DNA of 16,912 nucleotides from Octopus sinensis (Eukaryota): the NCBI RefSeq assembly GCF_006345805.1, contig NW_021824997.1, positions 1-16,912 on the forward strand, written 5' to 3'. The translations under genes were made by a program, and so were the position numbers. Numbering within the stretch: the first letter of the stretch is position 1; each line of letters starts with the position of its first letter. Shown piece after piece: positions 1-9,420 of the stretch. The notes under the pieces were generated by a model, which worked only from the letters and a program-made list of their open reading frames with translations, made no database searches and had not been told where the DNA came from.

Positions 1-400
1 CCGTACTGTCTGGTGCCTCATTTTAATTTTATCGACCCCGGAGGGGATGAAAGACAAAGCTAACTTCTGAAGGATAGTGAAACACTGCAAGTTATTTCTT
101 CTGGTGCCATAACGAGATTCTGTCAGCTTGTCAACCTTGTAAGAAGACTCATAATAAATATCAACAACAGCAATTGTTACGGTTTCTGATTTAAGATGAA
201 AGTCAATCACTGTGAAGAGTGGGGAGCAGCCGAAGTCGTCGAACCCAGTATTTGACTGGTACTTTGTTTATCGACCATACCACTTCTGTGGAGAATAAGT
301 CAAGTCCTAGGAGTAATTTGAAGTCAAAATGTAAAGATCCTAAAGAAACACCGTAGAGCAATTTTTTCCGATGCTAAAGATTCTGGCAGGTGGCCACCCA
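1..400 (-). mobile_element. Two degenerate copies of SINE family A (core ttttatcgaccccg..ggatgaaagacaaag on + strand)
   Basis: 1-~138 contains ttttatcgaccccggaggggatgaaagacaaag and ~180-400 contains gaacccagtatttgactggtactttgtttatcgacc. Both match the reverse complement of the better-preserved copy at 9715-9902. Confidence 0.6.
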
Positions 401-408
401 ATTAACAT

Positions 409-453
409 ATTAATAATAATAAATAATAACTCTGATGATGATGATGATGATGA

Positions 454-491
<38 letters not shown>

Positions 492-515
492 TAATAATAA
501 TAATAATAATAATAA
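409..515. repeat. (GAT)n/(AAT)n microsatellite
   Basis: Directly visible tandem GAT then AAT units. Confidence 0.95.
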
Positions 516-1071
516 GTGCCCTGATGCAGTACCAGGCAGTGGCTATCATGGCTTCTGATCTTAACTGATTGGAAGTGTTATCATGTACATTGTTTTGTCT
601 TGGTATAACAGATGGGCTACAGCAAATATTCTGCTCAATACCACAGATTTGCTTGTCAGTTGTTTGACCTTAACCAGTTGAGCATGTCCCTTAGTGGCTG
701 ATGATATGTGCATCTCTGATCACGAGCAGAAGTAGTGGGGGAGCATCATAGCCATGTGTTGAGAGGGATTCTTTGGGATTTGAATAATTCACCTCTGGAA
801 ACATGGGTGGTTCTTTCAACATCCTTAAACAACCCTTATTCAGGGACCGTTTAAGCGGGATGGGCTACTCAACCTGAAGAAAATTCTAACTGGGCCCCAC
901 CTGCAAGGTCATGTGCTGTTTATCTTGATATGAGATCACCATGTCGCGCACATATGGTTGTGATGCATGTGCCTGGTGTACCCTTATCAGACGGGTAGTC
1001 ATGATGGGTATATTGGGCTTCGTATATTTTACCCCAGTGTCACTTTGATGGCATGAACTGCTCTCTCACTC

Positions 1072-1074
<3 letters not shown>
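516..1074 (+). mobile_element. Probable 5'-truncated non-LTR retrotransposon 3' UTR (R4/Dong-like) inserted in (AAT)n
   Basis: ~560 bp of complex, more GC-rich sequence with (AAT)n on both sides, ending ...ctctctcactc(aat)n. Dong-type R4 elements are known to target TAA repeats. No ORF is left, so the clade call is inference. Confidence 0.55.
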
Positions 1075-1130
<56 letters not shown>

Positions 1131-1284
1131 GGTTTTCTAATTTTTCCACAAGAGCAGCCATTTTGGGGGAGGAGATGAGTCGATCACTTCGACTCAGTGA
1201 TCAACTGGCATGAACTGCTCTCTCACTCAATGATAATAATAATAATGATGATGATGATGATGATGATAATAATAATAATAATAA

Positions 1285-1317
<33 letters not shown>

Positions 1318-1357
1318 TATTATTATTATTATTATTATAATAATTATTATTATAATA
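1072..1357. repeat. (AAT)n/(GAT)n/(ATT)n microsatellite cluster interrupted by a SINE-A fragment (1131-1208) and a 26-nt copy of the LINE terminus (1206-1231)
   Basis: Direct reading. The strand of the repeat switches from AAT to ATT near 1317. Confidence 0.9.
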
Positions 1358-2109
1358 GGTTTTATTGATGCTTTATTTTGATGACGCTATTCATTTTAAT
1401 ATTCATTTGACAGTTGGCGAAATAACGTCGTTTTACTAAACAAACTGAAACTACAAACGTAATGAAGTTGGTAATAACAACAACAGAAACAAAAATGACG
1501 ACAACAACAAGGACAAAAGCCTTAATGATAGTTGCAGCGGTAGTAGTAGTAGAAGAAGTTGTAGTAGTATTTTATTGGTATTTATGGTAAAATAAGAAAA
1601 ATGCCCAGAACAGAAATAGTGCAAGTCTGGATCAGAAGCAGTTTTAGAGAAGAGCAAAAAAAAAAATCAACGGCATTTTAATAGGGTTATGTAAATAGAT
1701 GCAAGGCAGAACAGATGAAAGCTAATCGCTCTGACATTGTCGTCAGAGATTCACAAAACCAGGAATTAGATACTCGCTGATTGATGCTGGATGTCGATCT
1801 GATAAGAGCATATTACTGGAAGAGATGCAAAAGATATATTTATATATATATATATATGGAAACAAACAGACAATGAAATACACTGCAATTGCATCAAATG
1901 TGATACTATGGAAACAGTGAGAGACCAAAAATATGTGGAGAATAAAAATTCAAGTCGTATTTGTATTACTATGACATCTTCCGGTTGAATCAGCTCCAGG
2001 TTAGAGTCATAATAGTCTGGTTATAATACAAACCATCCATCTTGAGATTATTGCTCAAATGATGAATGGGTTATGCTGCATCACCAGTGCTGAACTCTCG
2101 CTAGCTCAC

Positions 2110-2154
2110 TTCAGCTATTTGTAAACAGGAGCCGAGAAACTTTGCAGCTCTCAC
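2110..2154 (-). other. Candidate 45-nt exon (phase 0: VRAAKFLGSCLQIAE)
   Basis: Minus strand reads aaacccttgcag|GTGAGAGC...GCTGAA|gtgagc. Length is a multiple of 3 with one open frame. No homology recognised. Confidence 0.2.
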
Positions 2155-2369
2155 CTGCAAGGGTTTGATATTTATTTTATGAGCAGAGGTAATATTGCTT
2201 TTAACATTCTCTTCTCCACCACCACCACCACCACTAAAACTGCCATGACTCCACCTACCAACCATATTTCGGTTGGTCTTCAAAAATAGACAACCCAGAA
2301 GCTTCTATCTCCACCGCTATCATTATCACTATTCTTGTGTCTTCATTAGCTATTACCAATCGGCGCTAC

Positions 2370-3195
2370 CGCTGCCAACGCCAAAACGACATCACCATCA
2401 TCACCACACCCCACCGCCACCACCACCAACCACCACCACCACACCACCACACCCACAAACACAACAAACACCCCACCACTACCAATCACCCCCACCACAA
2501 TACCACCACAACACAACCACCACCACACCACCACCCACCCCAACCACCACACCACACCACCACAACAACCACCACACACCACCAACCACCACCACCACAT
2601 TCACCACCAAAACCACCACCACCAACAACAACAACAACAACAAAGCTATTATCGCATCATCACCACAGCAATTACCCCCACTTCCTTCTAACTTCCCATA
2701 CATTTAGGTTGTCTTCCAAAACTCTATTCATCCTGGGCCACTCCACAACATCACTTTTACAATTTCGTTCACATTTCTTCCCTTACAATTATCATTTCTT
2801 TATCCTTACCGAAAATAATACTTGCTACACACCACCATTCACTACAACCATTCTCACTTCACCAACATTACTTTTAATCACTGACGACCAATCACCAATC
2901 CTCATCAAACATCACCAATCACCACCATTAACATTCACCGCCACCATCAATCACTAGGCACCATCAAGCACCACGAATCACCAACCATCACCAATTGGAA
3001 CAAATTATCATCAACATCCATCAGTCACCAACCATCAACCACCATCACTCACCACCAAACTCCAGCAGTTACCAACCACCGCCAATCAACAGGATCCCCA
3101 GCTATCGTCAAGCACCAGTAATCACTAGCCATCACCAACCCCCTCCAGTCACCATCGATATTTATCAATCATCATCAACCACTAATAATCACGAC
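2370..3195. repeat. CAC/CAA-rich low-complexity tract followed by a degenerate ccatca/atcacc short-period repeat
   Basis: (CAC)n/(CAA)n at 2370-2642, then reiterated atcacca/accatca motifs at ~2830-3195. These explain the poly-H/P/T/W/V ORFs. Confidence 0.85.
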
Positions 3196-3445
3196 CAGAA
3201 GCGAAACAACACCAAGGTACTTGGTGACAGTACTTACACCCGAACCACGAACCAACGGAGGAACCTAGACAAAGTCACTCGAACAACTAGAAATAGATGG
3301 AAACCAAATCTCGCGTAAAATTCCTTTTAATTCCCTCAGTGAGAAGAAGATTATCGTGTAGAGCCTTTTACAGTCTTCATGGTTGGGTGGAAGGGGAAAA
3401 ATAATTTGTTCAAAGCAGAAATCTGACTGATTTGAAGATTTAACT

Positions 3446-3740
3446 GGGGTCACCAGCTGATCCGATCAACGGAAGAGCCTTCTCGTGAAATTACCGTGCA
3501 ATTGGCTGAGTATTCCATAGACATGCGTAGCCTTAACGTAGTTCTCAGGGAGATTCAACGTGAAACCGAATGTAACAAGGCTGGCCCCCTCTGAAATACA
3601 GGCACAACTCATTCTTGCCAGTTGAGTGAACTGGAGCAACATGAAATAAAGTGCCTTGTTCAAGGACACCGCCGCCTGCTGGGAATTGAACTCACGACCT
3701 TACGATCGTGTGTCAAGTACACTAAGCCATGCATCTCCAC
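3446..3740 (-). mobile_element. tRNA-derived SINE, family C variant with a CORE-like middle segment
   Basis: Minus strand has an A-box-like tggcttagtgt, a B-box-like gagttcaattcc, then gtgtccttgaacaaggcacttt...ttgctccagttcactcaactg (CORE-like). Its 3' ~160 bp align with 11408-11570. Confidence 0.8.
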
Positions 3741-3911
3741 CCTATACCGTGTACCAGAATAGATTTTCTTAACGATACCCATCAATAATTACTGCCAATA
3801 GAATGGTTTCCACAGCTGGTGTCACCTCAAAATGTTGGATTGACGAGGTTTTATGGAAGGAAATATATTCTTCCATAAAATGTTAAAAACTCAAGATCTA
3901 CTACCTTTGAC

Positions 3912-4410
3912 TGAATGCGATGGTCACGTGTATTATACCTTTGATCATTGGTATGCTTGAAAGGGGTGGCCATGGGAATAAACAACAACCTTCTCCAAGT
4001 CCACCAAAATCAACAACCAAACCACAGGTCGCTGAGCTGTTTAGAAATAGAAGCAATATACTCCTCCGCCTTAATATACACACGACCACCTTAAAAGAAC
4101 GCAGTCTCTGATATATAAAACGTGAGAGAACAAGAACAACCATTTCGGCAATCATTGAGCATTGATAGTCCCAGTCACCAATCAACCACGCTTCAGCTTA
4201 CATCGAAGTTTGAAACAACGAGAAAGCCTCTACGTAGTTGTTCGACTGGCTAGAAATAGCAGGCAAATCCTCCCTCAGATCACATACAACTGTCATTAGA
4301 CAGTGTAGTTTGGGATATACAAAAGGGCCGTCTAGTCAAAGCTGGATCGTCTGTGATCGTAGTTCTGCTTCATCAGGGCTAATCTGGAGTCAAACAACAA
4401 CAACAGCAGC
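3912..4410 (+). mobile_element. Cluster of degenerate copies of repeat family D (core gttcgac..gctagaaatagcag.caaat; (CAA)n tail)
   Basis: Core motif at ~4030-4060 and ~4240-4285. Tails ending aaacaacaac at ~3990 and ~4405. Further copies at ~3270-3315, 9010-9150 (minus) and ~16330-16400. Confidence 0.55.
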
Positions 4411-4982
4411 AACAATAACAACAAGATCGGCAATGAGAAGCTCACTGGCAGCAACAAGCTGCTTCGGAGGAGAGTTAACAACTAAGTCAGTCAGTTTGAC
4501 AACGCAAAAGTCATGCCATGAGCGGACGATAAAGAAAGAAAACAAAAAAATGAAGCACGCAGACGACAATAAAAAAAAAAGAAAAAGCGACAAAGGAGCA
4601 GACGTCAGAGAAGGGAAAGCATATTGTACGCATAATAAACGTTGCTATTCAGGGAACTACGACTTTCCAGGTGTTTTATGAAAAGATGTCGGGCATCGTG
4701 GGAAAACTGAAGACAATACAATTAATATGGTGTACTAACTATTAGGGCTGCTGGTTAGAGATTCGAACTTGATTACTTTTTGCATTGAAAGTAATACAGA
4801 CCCACATTGTCAGTAATTATTTATAGCGTTAGTTCAAGGCAATGATGGCAAATCTATAAACACGCGTATCAGAAGTGAGTAGCAGTGAGACTTTAAGGAG
4901 ACATGCAATGGATTTTGAAAAGGAAAAAAAATCTCCCTGACAAATCATATTAATAAATCTCTCTCTAAGTACATTAAAGCAG

Positions 4983-5087
4983 CGTCGTTAGGGCTCCGGG
5001 TAAAATACCAAAATGGTTATTTGTTCTAATTCTGGTCTCTGAGTTAAAATAGAGGCAGGGATCAAGCTTATATTTTATTTTTTTGGG
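4983..5087 (+). mobile_element. Highly degenerate 5' fragment of SINE family A
   Basis: tctgagttaaaatagaggcagggatcaagctt resembles tctcagttcgaattccgccgaggtcgacttt of the 9715 copy. Confidence 0.4.
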
Positions 5088-5196
5088 AGACGGAAACTGA
5101 AAGAAGCTTGTCGTATATATATATGTGTGTCTCCTCACCACTTGAGAACCGGTCTTAGTTTATTTAACTCCCAATAACTTAGCGATTCGTTATTAG
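5088..5196 (+). repeat. Inverted duplicate of an internal SINE-B segment (partner 5575-5693)
   Basis: Reverse complement of 5575-5693, with 4 substitutions and a microsatellite length difference. Confidence 0.9.
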
Positions 5197-5435
5197 TCCA
5201 AGAGAAGTGGGTTGCCAGTATAGTTACAGCTTCGGTTGTGATTCCTAACGATATTTGTTCCAACTCTTTGGGTTCTAATAGAAACATGTGGGGTGGCACG
5301 AATGCCAAGCTGCATCGACTTTGACTTCTCTTTGGCCATCGTCTGTGGCAAAGAGAGAGGCATTGAGAGAGAAAGTGTGTGTGTGTGTGAGAGAGAGAAA
5401 AGGAAAAAAGGTGGCGAAGGCTTGTGTTGATAATT

Positions 5436-5770
5436 TCTTTCGTTCTGTTACTTGTTTCAGTCATTGGGTTGTAGCCCATACTGGGGCATCAACTTGAAGG
5501 ATTTTAGTCAAACAAATCGACCCAGTACTTATTTTTCTAAAAAAAAAAAAGCCTGGCGCTTATTTTATTCATTCCTAATAACGAATCGCTAAGTTATTGG
5601 GAGTTAAATAAACCAACACCGGTTCTCAAGTGGTGAGGAGACACACACACACACATATATATATATACGACGGGCTTCTTTCAGTTTCCGTCTACCAATA
5701 CCGGGGTTGCGAAATGAACCTGAAACCGCGTCGATGCAAAGCAAGTTTCTTAACCACACAACCATTCTCG
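5436..5770 (-). mobile_element. tRNA-derived SINE family B (internal TA/TG microsatellite), internally deleted
   Basis: Shares tacttgtttcagtcatt, tagtcaaacaaatcgacc, gggcttctttcagtttccgtctacca and ttcttaaccacaca with the copies at 13553-13873 and 13048-13330. Confidence 0.8.
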
Positions 5771-5796
5771 TGATTTTTATTCTCTATTTTTTCTTT

Positions 5797-5878
5797 CTTT
5801 TGCGTTTTGTGTTAAATTCACACCGACGTTAACTTTGTCTTTCATCTTTCCGAAGTCAGTGAATAAAATAGCAGTCTC
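5797..5878 (+). mobile_element. Degenerate SINE family A core fragment
   Basis: ccgacgttaactttgtctttcatctttccgaagtc versus ccgaggtcgactttgcctttcatcctttcgaggtc at ~9760. Confidence 0.6.
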
Positions 5879-5995
5879 GGAAGTGGACGATTGGAATAGA
5901 CAGAACTGCCATTCCGATTCATTGTATTTCGAGTTTAGGTACCAGCGAGAACAATTTGAATTGTTTACACTTAATCAGTCTAATATCACCATTAC

Positions 5996-6141
5996 CTGGT
6001 CCTTGAGTTTAGCATCAGCACCTGGTCCTTTTCAGCAGAGTTTACCCTGTTGTAAGCTTTCAGAACAGCTCTCCGGCTTGAATATAGCCTTCTCTCGTCT
6101 TCCAGCATGTTTCGGCCCTAAAAGGGATGGCAGGTGTTTCC
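5996..6141 (-). other. Candidate spliced exon (146 nt; alternative donor gives 96 nt, 6046-6141)
   Basis: Strong acceptor cttattttttatcttttatttttcatag|GG and donor CAG|gtaatg, in non-repetitive, GC-richer sequence. Contains AACATG opening MLEDERRLYSSRRAVLKAYNRVNSAEKDQVLMLNSRT. No homology recognised. Confidence 0.35.
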
Positions 6142-6661
6142 CTATGAAAAATAAAAGATAAAAAATAAGCCAGCTATGAACAAAGATACTAATCGTAAAT
6201 GTATCTCTGTATACCATTGTATCGACTGGGCTATCGAATGTCGATTTACAAAACTGTTCACAATGCGTTTCCTCGTATTGCTGTAGTCTTGGAATGATGT
6301 CACCCGGCAGAGGAGACGGGTAGGGCAGCAATTACACTGAATGAGAAGCCGTCTGTTGCAAGATTAAAATAGATTGAATTGAGGAGGGAACAAGGTTACA
6401 GTAAGATAAACATCCATAGAGACACATATCTACTGTTTACAGTTGACAGTCCAGCCAATGCATTGATTCGTACATGCATATATTTATCTCAAAGAATGAA
6501 AAATAGATAAATTGAACGACAGACAACTAGTAATTGATTTTTGTATCATGGTGTTTAGAAGATTGTTTCTTGTGTAATAAAGGAACGTGAAAAAACTTTC
6601 ACGTTTGTTAAACAGATGACAACATTTATATTGTTAGATTGTTATTAATAACATAATTTCA

Positions 6662-6831
6662 TTATATATATATAGATACACACACACATACACACACATA
6701 CATTCATATTTTCTCATAGCTATACACATATGTATTAAAATATTGGTGCGTGGTGCGTGTGTATGTATATATATATATATATATAATATATATATATATA
6801 ATATATATATATATATATAGATAGATAGATG

Positions 6832-6867
<36 letters not shown>

Positions 6868-6979
6868 GATGGATGTATATGTGTGTATGTATATGTATGT
6901 ATGTGTATATGTATATATATATATATACAGACACTAATACACACACACATACACACACATACACACACACATATATATA
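6662..6979. repeat. Compound (TA)n/(CA)n/(TG)n/(GATA)n microsatellite
   Basis: Direct reading. Confidence 0.95.
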
Positions 6980-7005
6980 GGTTAGAGACAGGTGTTCTCT
7001 ATATA

Positions 7006-7468
7006 GAATATACTTCGTAGTACTAAAGAGATTCGAACTTGAGCCGGTAGATGAATAAATGTAATGAGAAGCAAGTTAGGCAATCCGATTTACACAGAAT
7101 ATTAGATACATTTAATAGAAAAAAATGCACATGTGTAAAAATGGAATCTTTAAAGTCCACCCTGTCGACACCTCAAATGTAAAATTCTCCCCTGAAGACG
7201 GAGGCATAATGGATCCAAGTAACCATCATTACTCCAGACCATCAAGCACCCAGAAACAGCTGTTGGACTCGTAAAACTCTACCCATTCAATTCCTGATAT
7301 CTTTTATATTCTGTAAGTCGGACTATTTTACATCTGTACAGATGTACATTTTTTTCTATTAAATCTATTTAATATTCTGTCCAAATCGATTTGCCAAACT
7401 TGCTTCTCATTAAATTTACTTATCTACCGGATCAAGTTCAAATCTCTTGAGTACTTCGAAGAGAATTC
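7006..7468. mobile_element. Fold-back element with 138-bp inverted arms (7006-7143 / 7331-7468) and a hammerhead-like interior; Penelope-like or MITE-like relic
   Basis: Arms align without gaps with about 21 mismatches in 138 (hand count, ~85%). The element lies between (TA/CA)n tracts. Confidence 0.7.
7185..7270 (+). ncRNA. Degenerate minimal type I hammerhead ribozyme-like motif
   Basis: CTGAAGA (7192-7198), a GGAG..CTCC stem (7200-7235), then GAAAC-AGCT-GTT (7253-7264) with a palindromic stem III loop. Stems I and II are imperfect. Confidence 0.4.
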
Positions 7469-7554
7469 AAAATGCATTGTAATTCGTATAGAATTTTTTA
7501 TTTTTAAATTTTTAAAGACTTAACCGGTTTCACAGATTTTTCTGATTTTCAAAA

Positions 7555-7565
7555 GTATGTGTATG

Positions 7566-7625
<60 letters not shown>

Positions 7626-7627
7626 CA

Positions 7628-7674
<47 letters not shown>

Positions 7675-7812
7675 AAACTACACAGACGTACTTTATAGAG
7701 CACATCTTAATTGTAAATAAAGTACATACACATTCGATTCATTCACTCACACACATACATATATACATACATCTATACATACATATATACATGCATAAAT
7801 ACATACATACAA
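7555..7812. repeat. Compound (TA)n/(CA)n/(TG)n/(CATA)n microsatellite
   Basis: Direct reading. Confidence 0.9.
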
Positions 7813-8130
7813 GCTTGCTTGCTTCATGTTCTTGCTTGATGAGGCTGGGGTCATCCTAGGTTAGTGGTCTCAGAGATGTCATCATGTATAGAGTTGACCA
7901 GGTCCAACATTGCTCTTTAGGCTGGCGGTCCTTTGGCTACCCTCTCTGCACCCTCCAAAGAGAGCTCAAGCTTTTGGAAATCTTCCCCAATTACGTCCAC
8001 GATGCCTCTTCCACGGGGTCAGCCACGATGCCTCTTCCAGCCCGCAGCTGCTGCGTCGAATGAGAGTAAAATCCTGGTGGGACAAACTAGCGGGAGATGG
8101 AGGATATGTCCGTACCAGCGCGTGCGAAAG
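7813..8130 (-). mobile_element. 5'-truncated RTE-clade LINE 3' end (decayed ORF C-terminus, short 3' UTR, (AAGC)n tail)
   Basis: Minus translation FRTRWYGHILHLPLVCPTRILLSFDAAAAGWKRHRG*PRGRGIVDVIGEDFQKLELSLEGAERVAK matches the RTE RWxGH...KRxRGRP...W.D motif. The element ends aagcaagcaagc. Confidence 0.85.
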
Positions 8131-8239
8131 ATACACACACACACATACACGCACACACACACACACATATGTGCATTCGTACATACATATATAAATATGA
8201 ACACGCATAGTACACCCGCACACACGCGCAAATGCACTC

Positions 8240-8330
8240 TTCAGTCGGCCTGGTGCTATAGTAGAAGCCTGTTGCCGAGGTGCCGCGCAGTTGGTAAGCA
8301 AGTTTCTTAAGCACACAACGACGCCCACAT
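8240..8330 (-). mobile_element. SINE family B 5' fragment
   Basis: gctatagtagaag...gaggtgccgcgcagt...aagcaagtttcttaagcacaca matches 13795-13870. Confidence 0.65.
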
Positions 8331-8384
8331 CTGCTATATATAGTCGTATGTAATACTAGTACCTTACTAATTAATACTATGGAA

Positions 8385-9320
8385 TTAATATTTAACATTG
8401 CCCCGTTAGCAATTAACCATTTCACCTCAGAAATGTGCAAACACAAACTTATCAATGAAGATATACATTTGAAAGAATCGATATTTTCGTCTTATAATGA
8501 ACCATATGCATCGCAGTTGTCAATGTTATTGCTTTGGCAAACATGATTACCGATCAAGCAGCTCCTCTACTTCTGACCATGCAATCAACATCACTGACCT
8601 AACAGCCAGCATTATTAAATGAGTTCCTAATAGGAACACCTTGGTAATCACATTTCACTAGTTAGCAATCATACAAATTAGCAATTTTGATTTTTTGCAG
8701 TTAATATAAGCGATTCAGGAAGCAAGATGATCGCACAAGGAACAAAGCTATTGGCTTTGCAATCAGTGTTATTACCTAATAATTACGTACACAACCAATA
8801 CTGTATACTTTCAGCGTTCGACACTATCAAATATCGACTCACTGATATTGACTAAGCAATCAAGCTTATCGACATACGATGCTGTGATCGATACTATTGA
8901 TTAAATAATTAACATTGTCGACTTGGTAATTAACATGATCGACTTATGCTCACTATTATCACTTTAGCAATCAACTTTATCGATGTTTATCACTTTGTTG
9001 ACGTTCTAATTGTGACCACCTCGTCTATGTTTCAGACAAAAGATATATAGGTTTATACAGTATTAAACCAATATGTCTTTCCTGTTTTAAGACGTTATGG
9101 TGTGAGGAGGGGGTGGTATTTGACTGCCATTTCAAGCAGGTCGAACGATCGCAAACAGCATCTCTGGTTCGATCGGAACTGACCTGCGGCTTAAAAAAAA
9201 ACAAAAAAAAAAACAGGAAAAACACTTTTTATCGATTTATGGATCAATGTTATCGATTTAGCAATTAACATTGTTGGCCCAGTTATCAATGTTATCAAAT
9301 TAACCACCAAAATTTTCACT
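8385..9320. repeat. Degenerate 21-bp minisatellite (consensus ~ttagcaatcaacattatcgac), interrupted by a family-D repeat
   Basis: In-register units at 8853-8873, 8902-8922, 8923-8943, 8964-8984, 9237-9257, 9258-9278 and 9279-9299. The 5' part is more decayed. Confidence 0.7.
9010..9150 (-). mobile_element. Repeat family D copy
   Basis: Reverse complement gttcgacctgcttgaaatggcagtcaaat...cacaccataacgtcttaaaa matches 4240-4300. Confidence 0.6.
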
Positions 9321-9420
9321 TTGTTTCTGGTTTTTAGGTCACTTTAGGTGACAGAAAAAAAAAAGAAAGAAAAAGATTGGCTGACTTTAGTTGGAATCTG
9401 TTTATCTCTTTTGATATGCC

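Noticed and set aside
1729-3226. Small 7-bp-stem hairpins (ctctgac/gtcagag at ~1729; caccaag/cttggtg at ~3210)
   Set aside because: Short enough to occur by chance in 17 kb.
2273-3318. Long H/P/T-rich ORFs (144, 206 and 107 aa) and antisense W/V/G ORFs
   Set aside because: They are translations of CAC/CAA low-complexity DNA that lacks stops in several frames at once.
4238-4681. 147-aa ORF
   Set aside because: It runs through a family-D repeat, a (CAA)n tail and A-rich tracts, with no recognisable domain.
8385-9320. CRISPR-like array
   Set aside because: Units are contiguous and degenerate with no unique spacers or cas genes, in a eukaryotic context.
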